Source: an uncultured Alphaproteobacteria bacterium (lineage in GTDB: Bacteria; Pseudomonadota; Alphaproteobacteria; Rs-D84). From it: a stretch of DNA of 60,908 nucleotides. Below, in pieces: positions 43,690-54,276 of the stretch (its first letter is position 1; the number at the start of each line of letters is the position of its first letter). Where the stretch lies: NCBI GenBank assembly GCA_904502095.1, contig CAJGDG010000003.1, forward strand, positions 1-60,908, written 5' to 3'. The position numbers and the translations under genes were made by a program. The notes beneath the pieces were generated by a model. That model did no database searches. It was given only the letters and a program-made list of their open reading frames with translations, and was not told the DNA's origin.

Positions 43690-44712
43690 ATGTCAGTCAA
43701 AGCAAAACGCCTGATAAAAAAAATAATAAGTTATTCGGGCATATTCTTTTTCGTTCTTGCTGCGGGTATGTTGTGGTGGCAATTACGCAATTACAGTTTA
43801 TCTGATATCGCGCACGCGATACTGGACATTCCATTTACAAACCTTGTAATTGCTTGTATTGCTTGTTTTGCGGGCTATTTGGCATTATCTTTGTACGACC
43901 GATTGGCATTAAAATATGTTGGCGGGAATGTTGCATGGTGGAAATGGATGTTGGCGGGAATGTTGGGCTTTGCAATCAGCAACAATGCAGGACACGCCGT
44001 AGTCAGTGGCGGCGCGATTCGGTACAGACTGTATACCCGTTGGCGCATTCGCGCGGGCGACATATTAAAAATGCTAACAATATCTGGTTTTACATATTTT
44101 TTGGGCGCATCCGCAATTGTAGTTATTGGTTATTTTTTAATCCCACGCGCCATTTTTGATAATTCCCTGGGGGTCAGTATGGGATTGAACACATTGTTCA
44201 TATTCTGCACAACGGTCTTGACTACATATTTTGCAATAACAATGCTGTTTCATAAAAAGAATGTAAAAATCGGCGACATTAAATTCGAAGTTCCATCAAC
44301 AAAAATGGCATTTCAACAAACAATTTTAGGCATCACGGACAGTGTACTGGCCGGCCTGGTACTATATTTCTGCCTGATTCCATTCGTAGAAATACCTTTT
44401 GGGACATTTATTGGTTTGTTTGTAATCGCGCAAACGACCGGTGTTTTCAGCCAGGTCCCCGGTGGGATCGGCGTTTTTGAAAGCGTATTCCTGTTGGCCC
44501 TGCCTGATGGAATTGATAAAGCAAACATATTCGGCGCCTTGTTGGCATACCGTATAATATACTATGTTTTACCATTAATTGGTATTGGCAGTTTGTTCTT
44601 TATATACGAACGCTGGCTGCGTTCACGTATGAAACGCTGGTTGGCCGAAGCCAAAGAAAAAATTCCCACAAAAATCAAAAAGATAAAAACCGAAATAAAA
44701 AACAGAAAATAA
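43690..44712 (+). CDS. Integral membrane protein, lysylphosphatidylglycerol-synthase TM-region-like (YbhN/MprF flippase-type)
   Basis: 340 aa with about 8 TM helices. The basic N-terminus, conserved-looking WWQLR and the overall layout resemble UPF0104/LPG_synthase_TM proteins. This is a weak motif-level call. Confidence 0.5.
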   Translation: MSVKAKRLIKKIISYSGIFFFVLAAGMLWWQLRNYSLSDIAHAILDIPFTNLVIACIACFAGYLALSLYDRLALKYVGGNVAWWKWMLAGMLGFAISNNAGHAVVSGGAIRYRLYTRWRIRAGDILKMLTISGFTYFLGASAIVVIGYFLIPRAIFDNSLGVSMGLNTLFIFCTTVLTTYFAITMLFHKKNVKIGDIKFEVPSTKMAFQQTILGITDSVLAGLVLYFCLIPFVEIPFGTFIGLFVIAQTTGVFSQVPGGIGVFESVFLLALPDGIDKANIFGALLAYRIIYYVLPLIGIGSLFFIYERWLRSRMKRWLAEAKEKIPTKIKKIKTEIKNRK

Positions 44713-44917
44713 ATACCTTGCGCACAGAAACACCGCATGTTAGAATAGCCTTTGTGTATGACATAGGGTTATAAGTAAGTGTTTATATTGTCACTATTTT
44801 CAATAATTCGCATGGCGCCGATTGGTATCGTGGTGCATTCCCTTGGCATGGGCTTGGACGCCCCATGGGGACGGATTGTTGCCGGTGCATACACCCCAAA
44901 AACAAAAGGATTACTAA

Positions 44918-46711
44918 ATGTCAAAAAAAATATACGTGGATGCAGTCCACCCGGAAGAAACACGTGTTGTTGTCGTTGATACTGCGACCAATCGCGTTTC
45001 TGATTTTGATGTTGAAACAACCACAAAACCCCAGATAAAAGGAAACATCTATCTGGCCAAGGTCATACGCGTTGAACCATCACTTCAGGCTGCATTTGTT
45101 GATTATGGAACCGGCAAAAATGGTTTCTTGCCATTTTCTGAAATTCACCCGGATTATTATCAGGTGACTGCCGAACAAAAGAAAAAATTACTGGAATTGG
45201 CACACGCCAATATCGTTGACGACGACGACGATCCAAACGATGAAGAAGACGAAGTCGCCGAATACGATGATCACAGTGCTGGTGAAGACAATAACGAGTT
45301 TGTTAAACGCGCCCGCGAATTCAAAATCCAAGATGTTATAAAACCAAAACAAATCTTGCTGGTCCAAGGCGTCAAAGAAGAACGCGGTCAAAAAGGCGCA
45401 TCAATGACAACATATTTGTCTTTGGCGGGTCGTTTTGCTGTATTGATGCCAAATTCACGCAAACGCAACAGTTATGGTATTTCTAAAAAGATTTCTGACA
45501 AATCAGAACGCGCCAGATTGCGTGAAATTCTGCACGATTTGAAAATTCCAAAGGGTATGACAGTCGTATTGCGCACTGCGGCAATGGGCGCATCTGCATC
45601 AGACATCGCAGCAGACTATGACTATTTGGTAAATCTGTGGAACGAAATCCGCAAAACAACATTGGCATCTGTTGCGCCTGTCACAATTCATACCGAAGAT
45701 TCATTGTTACGCCGTGTCGTTCGTGACTTTTTAAGCGACAAAGAAGATGTTTTAACCATCCAAGGCGAAGAAGCTTTCGATGCCGCAAAACAATACTTTG
45801 TACAAATGTATGGTCGCGCACCACGCAAACAACTGGTTCAATACAAAGATGTTGCAGTTCCATTAATGGTCAAAGCCGGCGTTGAAAAACAGCTAGAAGG
45901 CTTACACGGTCCATATGTACAACTGCCATCTGGTGGTTCTTTGGTTATTAACCAAACCGAAGCAATGGTGACAATTGACGTTAACTCTTCCCGTGCGATA
46001 AAAGAAAAAGACATCGAATTAACCGCATTAAACACCAACTTGGAAGCTGCCGAAGAAATTGCTCTGCAATTGCGTCTGCGTGATTTGGCTGGTATTGTTG
46101 CGATTGACTTTATCGATATGGAAGAAGAAAAGAACAATCGTAAACTGGAATTAAAAATGCGCGAAGTAATGAAACGCGACCGCGCACGCACCCAGGTTGC
46201 AAAAATCAACAACTTTGGTGTGTTGATGTTATCGCGCCAACGTCTGCGCAGCAGCTTTATGGAATCATCGTATGTTGCATGCCCACACTGTATGGGTGCC
46301 GGCGTTGTTCCATCAATTCAAACAGCTGCGATTATTCTGTTCCGTCATTTACAAGAAAAACTGTTGGCAAAATCTGCCCAGAAAATCATTATGACAGTTC
46401 CAACAGATGTCGCTGTGTATTTGTTGAATCACAAACGCGCAGAACTGGCAGAAATGGAATCTAAATTTGAAACAGAAATTGTTATCGTTGGTGACGACAG
46501 CTTGTTAAACATCGACCAATATTCGATTCAACGCGTCGCACCCGAACAAAACAAAACTGACGAATTATTAAGTGCGTACGCGCCATCAACAGATGTAAAA
46601 AAGAAAAACTCACAACACGTTGATGCGAAACGCACAACCGTTTCTGCGGCACGCCGCAAACGCAAAAAGCAGCCAAAAAAGAAAACTATTTGGCAAAAAT
46701 TAATCAGTTAA
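44918..46711 (+). CDS. rne: Ribonuclease E/G family (RNase E-like catalytic domain)
   Basis: S1 domain GNIYLAKVIRVEPSLQAAFVDYG, an acidic insert, IAIDFIDM, the Zn-link CPHCMGAG and a basic C-terminal tail. Confidence 0.85.
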   Translation: MSKKIYVDAVHPEETRVVVVDTATNRVSDFDVETTTKPQIKGNIYLAKVIRVEPSLQAAFVDYGTGKNGFLPFSEIHPDYYQVTAEQKKKLLELAHANIVDDDDDPNDEEDEVAEYDDHSAGEDNNEFVKRAREFKIQDVIKPKQILLVQGVKEERGQKGASMTTYLSLAGRFAVLMPNSRKRNSYGISKKISDKSERARLREILHDLKIPKGMTVVLRTAAMGASASDIAADYDYLVNLWNEIRKTTLASVAPVTIHTEDSLLRRVVRDFLSDKEDVLTIQGEEAFDAAKQYFVQMYGRAPRKQLVQYKDVAVPLMVKAGVEKQLEGLHGPYVQLPSGGSLVINQTEAMVTIDVNSSRAIKEKDIELTALNTNLEAAEEIALQLRLRDLAGIVAIDFIDMEEEKNNRKLELKMREVMKRDRARTQVAKINNFGVLMLSRQRLRSSFMESSYVACPHCMGAGVVPSIQTAAIILFRHLQEKLLAKSAQKIIMTVPTDVAVYLLNHKRAELAEMESKFETEIVIVGDDSLLNIDQYSIQRVAPEQNKTDELLSAYAPSTDVKKKNSQHVDAKRTTVSAARRKRKKQPKKKTIWQKLIS

Positions 46712-46799
46712 ACAATCGCCCAAATGGGCGATTGCTTTTTATCACATTACAACAAAAAAGAAAACCGCCCATTGGGCGGTTTTGCATAAGCACTCACTA

Positions 46800-47432
46800 T
46801 TAACGAGAATAGAATTCGACGACCAATTCTGGGAACATCTGAACCGGATATGGTACGTCTGCAAACGCAGGAACGCGAACAAATGTCGCAGTAAAGTTTG
46901 CACTGTCAACAGAAACATAATCTGCAAAATTGCGTTCCGCAGATTCCAATGCCAAAACAACCAATGGCATTTGTTTTGCTTTTTCGCTGACTGTGATAAC
47001 ATCACCAGGTTTTACCTGATAAGATGCAACTTTTACGCGTTTGCCGTTAACATTGATATGACCGTGGCTGATTAACTGACGAGAAGAGAATACAGTTGGT
47101 GCCAATTTTGCACGATATACAACCGCATCCAAACGACGTTCCAATAAACCAATCAAATTTTCAGGTGTATCACCCTTCATATTTGTGGCTTCGATATAAT
47201 ATTTATGGAACTTCTTTTCGCCAACATTGCCATAATAACCTTTCAAAGTCTGCTTAGCGCGCATCTGCTTTGCGTAATCCGAAGAATTACCACCACGAGA
47301 TGTTGGCCCATGCTGACCAGGTTTATATTTACGTTTATTAAATGGGGATTTAGCCTGACCCCACAAATTGACGCCCAAAGAACGTGCAATTTTCAGTTTA
47401 CGTGTGCTACGTTTTGCACCAGCTCTTGCCAT
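46800..47432 (-). CDS. rpsD: 30S ribosomal protein S4
   Basis: MARAGAKRSTRKLKIARSLGVNLW and the S4 RNA-binding domain LERRLDAVVYRAKLAPT. Confidence 0.9.
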   Translation of the reverse strand: MARAGAKRSTRKLKIARSLGVNLWGQAKSPFNKRKYKPGQHGPTSRGGNSSDYAKQMRAKQTLKGYYGNVGEKKFHKYYIEATNMKGDTPENLIGLLERRLDAVVYRAKLAPTVFSSRQLISHGHINVNGKRVKVASYQVKPGDVITVSEKAKQMPLVVLALESAERNFADYVSVDSANFTATFVRVPAFADVPYPVQMFPELVVEFYSR

Positions 47433-47647
47433 TTTTTTATCCTTTTTTTGGTTTTTTCGGTGCCAGACATCAACAGAATCCTTATCGTATATGGGACCAA
47501 AATGCACCACAACTTAATCAGTTCTGATTGTCCAGCGAGCTTTACTTTATAGTGTTTCATACAAAAAATCAAGTAAATTCTGATTTTTTTAACGAAAAAC
47601 CCCAGACGACATTTCAATCGTCTGGGGCTTGATAACCATGTTCTTGA

Positions 47648-47863
47648 TTAATTTTTATTTTGGTTATTTCCAAAAGTCACATCAAAGAACTTTTCAAACA
47701 AATTTTTCAACGGCACCGCACCACGTTGCTCTAAATTATTTATCGCATCATAGAAAGCCTGATTTTCAGCACCACGATTCAAGGCTTCGATACCATCATT
47801 CATACTTTTTACCATATCAGTCATTTTAATGCCTCTTTCAAACATCTCTCTGACAGTGGACAA
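47648..47863 (-). CDS. Small hypothetical protein
   Basis: 71-aa ORF (or 58 aa from MTDMVK) lying between the OmpA-family gene and a hairpin terminator at about 47600-47630. No motifs recognised. Confidence 0.35.
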   Translation of the reverse strand: MSTVREMFERGIKMTDMVKSMNDGIEALNRGAENQAFYDAINNLEQRGAVPLKNLFEKFFDVTFGNNQNKN

Positions 47864-47907
47864 TTTATACTAACAAAACCTTTTTGTCAAGTATTTTATA
47901 ATATAAA

Positions 47908-49365
47908 TTATTTATCGCAGCCGTATTCTGCGCATTCTTCCACCGTATATTCTTCAACTTCTATCGCTGTTGGCGCAGGTTCTGTGTAATGTACTTCTTT
48001 GACAACACGAACACGACGATTCGCAGCATTTGGTGTATTATCTGGTGTTTGCACCGCCAAATCTTCTTCGCCGGCTGAAACAGCGACAATCTGGCTGGCT
48101 GGGATTCCATATTTAATCAGCATTTTCTGTACTGCTTCTGCCCTGCGACCGCCCAACGCATAATTATAATTGCTGCTGCCTGCGGTATCAGTATGTCCAA
48201 CAACTGAAACCTTGATATTCTTGTTTTCCTGGGTTGCAGACGCCAACTTTTTAATCAGTTCCTGATATTCCGGTTTGATAATAGATTTATTAAAATCAAA
48301 TCTGATTTCAAAAACCTCTTCCATAACATGCTGTTTTGGTTCCAACGGAATTTGCTGAACCTTAATCATAGTTTTTTCACCGGCGCCCGCCTGCAAGGCA
48401 TCCAGACGTTCATTAATCGCCTTTAATTCTGCACGCATAGCCATCATCATATTAACAAATTCTTCACGAGAAACCAATTCATCGCCAATTTGTGGGATTT
48501 CGCCCTGCTCTTCTATTTCGATAACAGCTGGCGTTCCAGATGATTTATTGATTGTCTTGTCCCCGCCTGCGATATATTGATTAAAGATCAAAGGTTGAGC
48601 CGCGACCTGCTGTACAGGCACCGGATTAATTAAATGTTCTGGCACATTTACATTATTAACAATAATTACACCTTCACGCGCATACCCCTGAGCGGCCATC
48701 ATTTTACGCGTATTTGGATAATAAGTCTGAGTTTCTTTAACAACCGTTTTTTCTTCAACAACCTGTTGTGCTGGCGCAGTTGTTTTCTTTACAATCTTGC
48801 CACCCTGACAATCACGCAAAGCAACCATTGTTTTATTAAATCTGTCACGGCATTGTTCTGCTGTTGCCATCTGACCACTGGCAGTTGCAGACAACCAACA
48901 GTCGTATTTAGCCTGGGCTTCGGCCGCCAATTCTGGGTTCAAATAAGACGCGTCATTTTTCAGCTGTTCCATCAGCTCATCATAGGCGGTTTTCAATTCA
49001 AACGCTTCCTGTTCATTTTCAACAGGCCAGTTTTCCATTGTTTCTGGAAATGGAACCTCGCCAGAAAATGCTGCGACCGCTTTGTTAGCGAACAATTCGC
49101 CCATTTCAGAATAACCACTGGTACGTGCGTTATAAATCGCATAAGAACGATAATTCATCGCCAACTGATTTAAAAAAGAATCCTTGTGCGGTGCAGAATA
49201 AACATCCAGCGACTCAACATAATCAACCGTTGGTGTCGCCATCATCCCCGTATATTCCATACCTTTATCAGAGTGCGCACAAGCCGCCAAACCGACCACG
49301 CCCACCATCATCAAGATACGCGAAATAACCCATGTTGCTGCTGTATTCTTATTTTTCATTGGCAA
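47908..49365 (-). CDS. OmpA-family (peptidoglycan-binding) lipoprotein
   Basis: Lipobox VGLAAC and a C-terminal OmpA_C domain (VVGHTDTAGSSNYNYALGGRRAEAV...NRRVRVV). Confidence 0.8.
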   Translation of the reverse strand: MPMKNKNTAATWVISRILMMVGVVGLAACAHSDKGMEYTGMMATPTVDYVESLDVYSAPHKDSFLNQLAMNYRSYAIYNARTSGYSEMGELFANKAVAAFSGEVPFPETMENWPVENEQEAFELKTAYDELMEQLKNDASYLNPELAAEAQAKYDCWLSATASGQMATAEQCRDRFNKTMVALRDCQGGKIVKKTTAPAQQVVEEKTVVKETQTYYPNTRKMMAAQGYAREGVIIVNNVNVPEHLINPVPVQQVAAQPLIFNQYIAGGDKTINKSSGTPAVIEIEEQGEIPQIGDELVSREEFVNMMMAMRAELKAINERLDALQAGAGEKTMIKVQQIPLEPKQHVMEEVFEIRFDFNKSIIKPEYQELIKKLASATQENKNIKVSVVGHTDTAGSSNYNYALGGRRAEAVQKMLIKYGIPASQIVAVSAGEEDLAVQTPDNTPNAANRRVRVVKEVHYTEPAPTAIEVEEYTVEECAEYGCDK

Positions 49366-49437
49366 AATCCTTCCCTTTAATTAAGTACATTATACGATTT
49401 TTTACAATCTTAGTAAAGCAGAAAAAACAACCAAAAA

Positions 49438-50265
49438 TTATTGTTGGAACAACTGACCCGCAACCCCAGTCAAAGATTGCAAATTAAAGCTGCCCCCACC
49501 GCCAACAGACCCCGCAACACCCTGAACAACATCCATAATAGAAGCGCTGTTTGTTTTTTGACCAATGCTGCCAATTGCAGAATTCAAGAATTCACCCATC
49601 AAGGCTCTCTTTCTGGCACTTATCTTGGCATTAGAACAATTTTCAATTTTTGCCATCAACTTGGACGCTGTCGCCCATTCAGAAGCGGTATAATCAGCCT
49701 GAACAAAGTCAATCAAATTAAACACATCATATATATTGGAAACTTCTTTTTTATTTTTTTCAGAACAGCCGCTTACCGACCCATCAGTACAATAATATCC
49801 CTTGGTCGCCATTGGGAAATTTTCCCACACAGTTCCTTTATCACCACTGCCACCAAAATAATCAAAACACAAAAAGTCAATATCATCAGTATCAGCAGCC
49901 AAACGCGCACTTTCTTCATAACCACCAGTTGGCCCATCTGTACAGCGCCCCATTGGCATTGCTTTTTCGGCTTCTTCTGCGGTCATTGCGCCCGTCTTGG
50001 CCCATTCTTTTACCATATTATTAACCCAACTAATTTCACTGCTGGTCGGGACACATTCTGCACTTAACGCTTTTTGTTTTTGACTTAACGCCTGAACCCC
50101 AGAAACCAAATTCATAACAGTTGGAACCAAACTGGCACCGATGTTTGTCTTTTCAACCTGTTTGGTCGCAACAGGTGCCGCTTTTTTTACTATAGAAACA
50201 GCAGAAAATGCCGCATTTTGCGCAGCAAACACAGCCATAACAAAAAACAACAGAATTTTTTTCAT
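49438..50265 (-). CDS. Secreted hypothetical protein
   Basis: Signal peptide MKKILLFFVMAVFAAQNAAFSA, 8 Cys and a Gly-rich C-terminus. Confidence 0.6.
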   Translation of the reverse strand: MKKILLFFVMAVFAAQNAAFSAVSIVKKAAPVATKQVEKTNIGASLVPTVMNLVSGVQALSQKQKALSAECVPTSSEISWVNNMVKEWAKTGAMTAEEAEKAMPMGRCTDGPTGGYEESARLAADTDDIDFLCFDYFGGSGDKGTVWENFPMATKGYYCTDGSVSGCSEKNKKEVSNIYDVFNLIDFVQADYTASEWATASKLMAKIENCSNAKISARKRALMGEFLNSAIGSIGQKTNSASIMDVVQGVAGSVGGGGSFNLQSLTGVAGQLFQQ

Positions 50266-50352
50266 CTCTCTTACGTGGAATTATAACATATTTTTTTCAT
50301 TAAATAAATATAAAAATTGCAATTTTATTTTCATCAGGTTAAACTATCAAGC

Positions 50353-50832
50353 ATGTCGACAAATAAAAGAAACTTTATAATTATGTCCAAGCACCGCCGT
50401 CTGAAACGCCTGTGGCAGTTTTTCTTTACAGGCTGGGGGCTGGTAATGATTGCATCACTGGTTGCGGGCGCACTGTTTACAAAACAATTATTATGGACCC
50501 CAATCGAAGCAATCAATATGAACGACATCGTCACCAAGCAATTTAAAATGTCGGGCGCATCATTTGTGGGCACAGACAAAAATAACACCCCTTTTAAAAT
50601 CAATGCTAAAATCGGGTACCAAGAATACGAAAATCCTGATATAATATTTATGGAAACTGTTTCTGGAAAAATCACCAGAATCAGCAACAAAACAAAAATC
50701 ACGGATGATATAACCGCCCAAAAAGGTCAATATAACCGTGCAAACAAAACTATCACATTGATTGGTGATGTCCACATTGATTCCAGCAATGGCGATAAGG
50801 TCAGAACAAAAGAATTGGTGATAAAATTATGA
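50353..50832 (+). CDS. lptC: LptC-like LPS export protein (N-terminal TM anchor plus OstA-like fold)
   Basis: TM helix FFFTGWGLVMIASLVAGALF and the pattern AQKGQYNRANKTITLIGDVHI. It overlaps lptB by 4 nt. The start may instead be 50383. Confidence 0.6.
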   Translation: MSTNKRNFIIMSKHRRLKRLWQFFFTGWGLVMIASLVAGALFTKQLLWTPIEAINMNDIVTKQFKMSGASFVGTDKNNTPFKINAKIGYQEYENPDIIFMETVSGKITRISNKTKITDDITAQKGQYNRANKTITLIGDVHIDSSNGDKVRTKELVIKL

Positions 50833-51557
50833 AGCAATCTGTATTAAGAATTGAACACTTGTCCAAGGCATACGGCAAACGTATGGTTATCCGCGACATA
50901 TCATTAGAAGCGCGCCAGGGCGAATCGGTTGGACTGTTGGGACCAAACGGCGCTGGTAAAACCACTGCGTTTTATTGCATCACTGGTCAATTAGCGGCAA
51001 CATCTGGCCAAATATTTTTAAATTCCCAAGACATAACCCACCTGCCGTTTTACCAACGCGCGCGCCTGCATATTGGCTATCTGCCCCAAGAAAACAGTGT
51101 ATTCCGTGGCCTGACGGTGGAGCAAAACATTATGGCAATATTAGAAGTCGTTGAACCAGACAAGAAAAAACGTCAGGAAAAACTAGATTCTTTATTAGAC
51201 GAATTTTCAATTACAGCTTTGCGCCGCAGCCCTGCAACAGCATTATCTGGTGGCGAACGCCGTCGTGTTGAAATTGCACGCGCACTGGCCAACAACCCAA
51301 AGTTCATCTTGCTGGACGAACCATTTGCAGGAATTGACCCAATTGCAGTTAACGAAATCCGCAGTCTGGTATCCCAGCTAAAAAATCGCGGCCTGGGTGT
51401 TATCATCACAGACCACAATGTTCGTGAAACATTGGGCATCACCGACCGCAGTTATGTTTTGCACGACGGCAAAATCTTGAAGCACGGCACAACAGACGAA
51501 ATTGTTCAAGACGAAATGGTAAAAAAAGTTTACCTGGGCGAAGATTTTGTTATGTAA
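50829..51557 (+). CDS. lptB: LPS export ABC transporter ATPase LptB
   Basis: Walker A GPNGAGKTT, signature LSGGERRRVEIARAL, Walker B ILLDEPFAGID. Confidence 0.9.
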   Translation: MKQSVLRIEHLSKAYGKRMVIRDISLEARQGESVGLLGPNGAGKTTAFYCITGQLAATSGQIFLNSQDITHLPFYQRARLHIGYLPQENSVFRGLTVEQNIMAILEVVEPDKKKRQEKLDSLLDEFSITALRRSPATALSGGERRRVEIARALANNPKFILLDEPFAGIDPIAVNEIRSLVSQLKNRGLGVIITDHNVRETLGITDRSYVLHDGKILKHGTTDEIVQDEMVKKVYLGEDFVM

Positions 51558-51601
51558 TTCTGATAAGAAAGCCCCAGAGATTAAATCTTTGGGGCATTTT
51601 T

Positions 51602-53374
51602 TTATTTGTTTTGAATAATTTCCTTAAAAATTTCCGCCGGTATCGTTCCGCCCGTTATTTTTGAATCCATCGGCGTAAAATCGTCTTTTCCAACCCATAC
51701 CCCAACAACAATATCTGATGTCCCACCAACAAACCACGCATCACGATTTCCATTACTGGTTCCTGTTTTTCCACCCAAAACCCCGGACGCTCTGGCGCGG
51801 CCACCTGTGCCACTGACCGCAACAACATCTGCCAATAATTCGGACATATATTCAACAGTCTGCGGTTGCAAAACCTGAATTGGTTCAGATGGGTTTCGTT
51901 CATATATAATATTACCGCGCGCATCGGTCACCTTGGTAATTGAATAAGGTCGCACAGAAAAGCCATTATTCCAGATAACAGCATAAATATTCGTTAAATC
52001 CAGCAAACTCATTTCAGACGCACCCAACACAGTCGAATATTCGCGACGCAATTTTGTTCCAACCCCCAAACGCCCTGCCATTGACAACACAGAATCAATA
52101 CCATATTCCTTGGTCAATTTTAATGGCACAGAATTTACACTTTTTGCAAACGCGGTTGCCAATGTAATATCACCATAATATTTTTCGTTATAGTTTTTTG
52201 GATTATAATCCCCAACTGCAAACGGCGAATCATTAACATAAGAATCAGGGTTCAAACCATTTTCCAATGCCACCAGATAAACCACAGGCTTAAAACTACT
52301 GCCCGGCTGACGCGGCGAAGTAGCACGATTAAATTGACTGGACTGGTAATCACGACCGCCACTCATTGCGCGCAACGCACCATCAGGCTGCATCGCGATA
52401 ACCGCCCCCTGATAATCACCAACTTTATCTGAAACGACCGCGGCAACACGCCCCTGCAAATCCGTATCCATAGTGGTATACACAAACATATCAGAATCAA
52501 ATTCACCAATTCTGGACCGCAATTCATCCATAACAAAATCAGTCCAATATCTGTACAGATTTGTATCCGCCGCAGGTACCGCGCCCCCCAAACTTTGTGC
52601 TGCTGCACGTGCTTGATTTATTGTTATATAGCCTTGACGCACCATTTCGGTTAACACCACACGCGCACGCGCAATATTTTTTTCTGGTCTGTGCAACGGA
52701 CTGTATGTCGTTGGCGCCTTTAACATCGCAGCGATTTGCGCCGCCTGACCAATTGATAATTTTGCTGCCGGCACCTGAAACATTACCCGCGCCGCCGCAT
52801 CAATTCCACGCATCCCCCCAACCAAAGACACCCTGTTCATGTACAAATCCAGAACCTGATTTTTTGTAAATCTGTTTTCCAACCAATAAGACAAAATCAG
52901 TTCTTGAACTTTTCTGGAAATCTTTTTTTCACGCGACAAAAAGACATTTTTTGCAGTCTGCTGGGTTATCGTTGACCCACCTGCAGCAATTCGCCCTGAC
53001 ATCAAATTAGAAAACACTGCGCGAGTTATTCCACGCAAATCAATTGGACCGTGTTCAAAAAATCGCTTGTCTTCAATCGCAACAATCGCCTGCCAAACAT
53101 GTGGTGGCAGCGTTTCAACAGACACAGGCGTACCCATTATACGATTTGCACTGCGTATTTCCGCGCCATCTTTATCCAAAAAGACAACCGCAGCAGATCT
53201 TGTTTCGTGCAAAATCGCATCCAATGATGGCATACGCATATAGACATATGTCACATATCCCGCAACAGCAACCCCCAACAACAACACAGCGTTTATCACG
53301 TACGCCATCAGTCGCCATTTCCATGATCGCTGTTGTTTTTCTGGCAAATTTCTTTGATTGTTGCGCGTACGCAT
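51602..53374 (-). CDS. mrcA: Class A penicillin-binding protein (PBP1A-type transglycosylase/transpeptidase)
   Basis: Glycosyltransferase motifs EDKRFFEHGP and GGSTITQQ. Transpeptidase motifs SSFKP, SVN and KTGT. SD AAGGGGA precedes the ATG at 53374. Confidence 0.9.
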   Translation of the reverse strand: MRTRNNQRNLPEKQQRSWKWRLMAYVINAVLLLGVAVAGYVTYVYMRMPSLDAILHETRSAAVVFLDKDGAEIRSANRIMGTPVSVETLPPHVWQAIVAIEDKRFFEHGPIDLRGITRAVFSNLMSGRIAAGGSTITQQTAKNVFLSREKKISRKVQELILSYWLENRFTKNQVLDLYMNRVSLVGGMRGIDAAARVMFQVPAAKLSIGQAAQIAAMLKAPTTYSPLHRPEKNIARARVVLTEMVRQGYITINQARAAAQSLGGAVPAADTNLYRYWTDFVMDELRSRIGEFDSDMFVYTTMDTDLQGRVAAVVSDKVGDYQGAVIAMQPDGALRAMSGGRDYQSSQFNRATSPRQPGSSFKPVVYLVALENGLNPDSYVNDSPFAVGDYNPKNYNEKYYGDITLATAFAKSVNSVPLKLTKEYGIDSVLSMAGRLGVGTKLRREYSTVLGASEMSLLDLTNIYAVIWNNGFSVRPYSITKVTDARGNIIYERNPSEPIQVLQPQTVEYMSELLADVVAVSGTGGRARASGVLGGKTGTSNGNRDAWFVGGTSDIVVGVWVGKDDFTPMDSKITGGTIPAEIFKEIIQNK

Positions 53375-53466
53375 ATTTTCCCCTTGTCCAATGCATTTTA
53401 TCATAAACCGCTTGCGTTTTTTAGCAAAATCTACAACCATAAGCACATAACGAAAGGAAAAAAATC

Positions 53467-54075
53467 ATGAAAAAATTTTTAGCATTTGCGTTTCTGGTCC
53501 TAACCTCTTCCGCAGCTTTGGCAGACGGTTGGCGCGACAATTATATTGGACTTCGCATTCATAAAAACGAAAACATTGCATTTACATACGACATACACGG
53601 CGGCAGCGACACAACCATACGCCGCGACAATTTTGGTCTGGGCGCGATCGTAGGGAATAAATTAAGCGAACATGTTGTAATAGAATTCGAAACAGCCTAT
53701 ACCGGCGCAGAGCAACGAAAATACGGCACAAAATACGATTATGACATCTGGGCAAATATGTTCAATATGTACCTGACCCAGGAACTGGAGGGAGCAATCT
53801 CTCCATACGCTGGCATTGGCATTGGCTTTGCAGGCATTTGGGGCGACATAAAAACACCAGCCAATCATATATCAGATTCAACATTTGACCTGTCCTATCA
53901 GGCGATGATTGGCATAAACTTTGCGCTGAACGAACGCATCGATTTTAATATGGGCTTAAAATACCAATACTATGGCGAAATAGAACACAGCAAAAACGGA
54001 ACAGAAATCGCAACAACTGATGTATCTGGCACAGAATTCTATTTTGGCGCAACATATAAATTTGATCTGAAATAA
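53467..54075 (+). CDS. Small outer-membrane beta-barrel protein (paralog of 29032-29583)
   Basis: Signal peptide MKKFLAFAFLVLTSSAALA and C-terminal FGATYKFDLK. Confidence 0.65.
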   Translation: MKKFLAFAFLVLTSSAALADGWRDNYIGLRIHKNENIAFTYDIHGGSDTTIRRDNFGLGAIVGNKLSEHVVIEFETAYTGAEQRKYGTKYDYDIWANMFNMYLTQELEGAISPYAGIGIGFAGIWGDIKTPANHISDSTFDLSYQAMIGINFALNERIDFNMGLKYQYYGEIEHSKNGTEIATTDVSGTEFYFGATYKFDLK

Positions 54076-54276
54076 AAATCCCCCAAGTTGGGGATTTTTC
54101 TTGCTTTTTTCGACAAATTTTATTATAATAAACTTATGTTAAAAAATAAATTTATCTTTTCTGGGAATAAATGTTGGCGCATTGCCGCCTGAATATTTTT
54201 GCCGCCCTGCTTTATTTTGGGCTTTCATTTTTAGCATAAAAACATTAAAATCAAATATCAAGAAAAGGTAATTATT

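Noticed and set aside
44713-44917. Structured 5' UTR of rne as an autoregulatory element.
   Set aside because: GC-rich hairpins are visible (for example GGACGCCCCATGGGGACGG), but I could define no conserved architecture from a single copy, so this is too speculative to report as a finding.
54076-54276. T-box or other leader upstream of trpS.
   Set aside because: I found no T-box consensus (AGGGUGGNACCGCG-like), no specifier-loop architecture and no terminator/antiterminator pair. It looks like an ordinary AT-rich promoter region.
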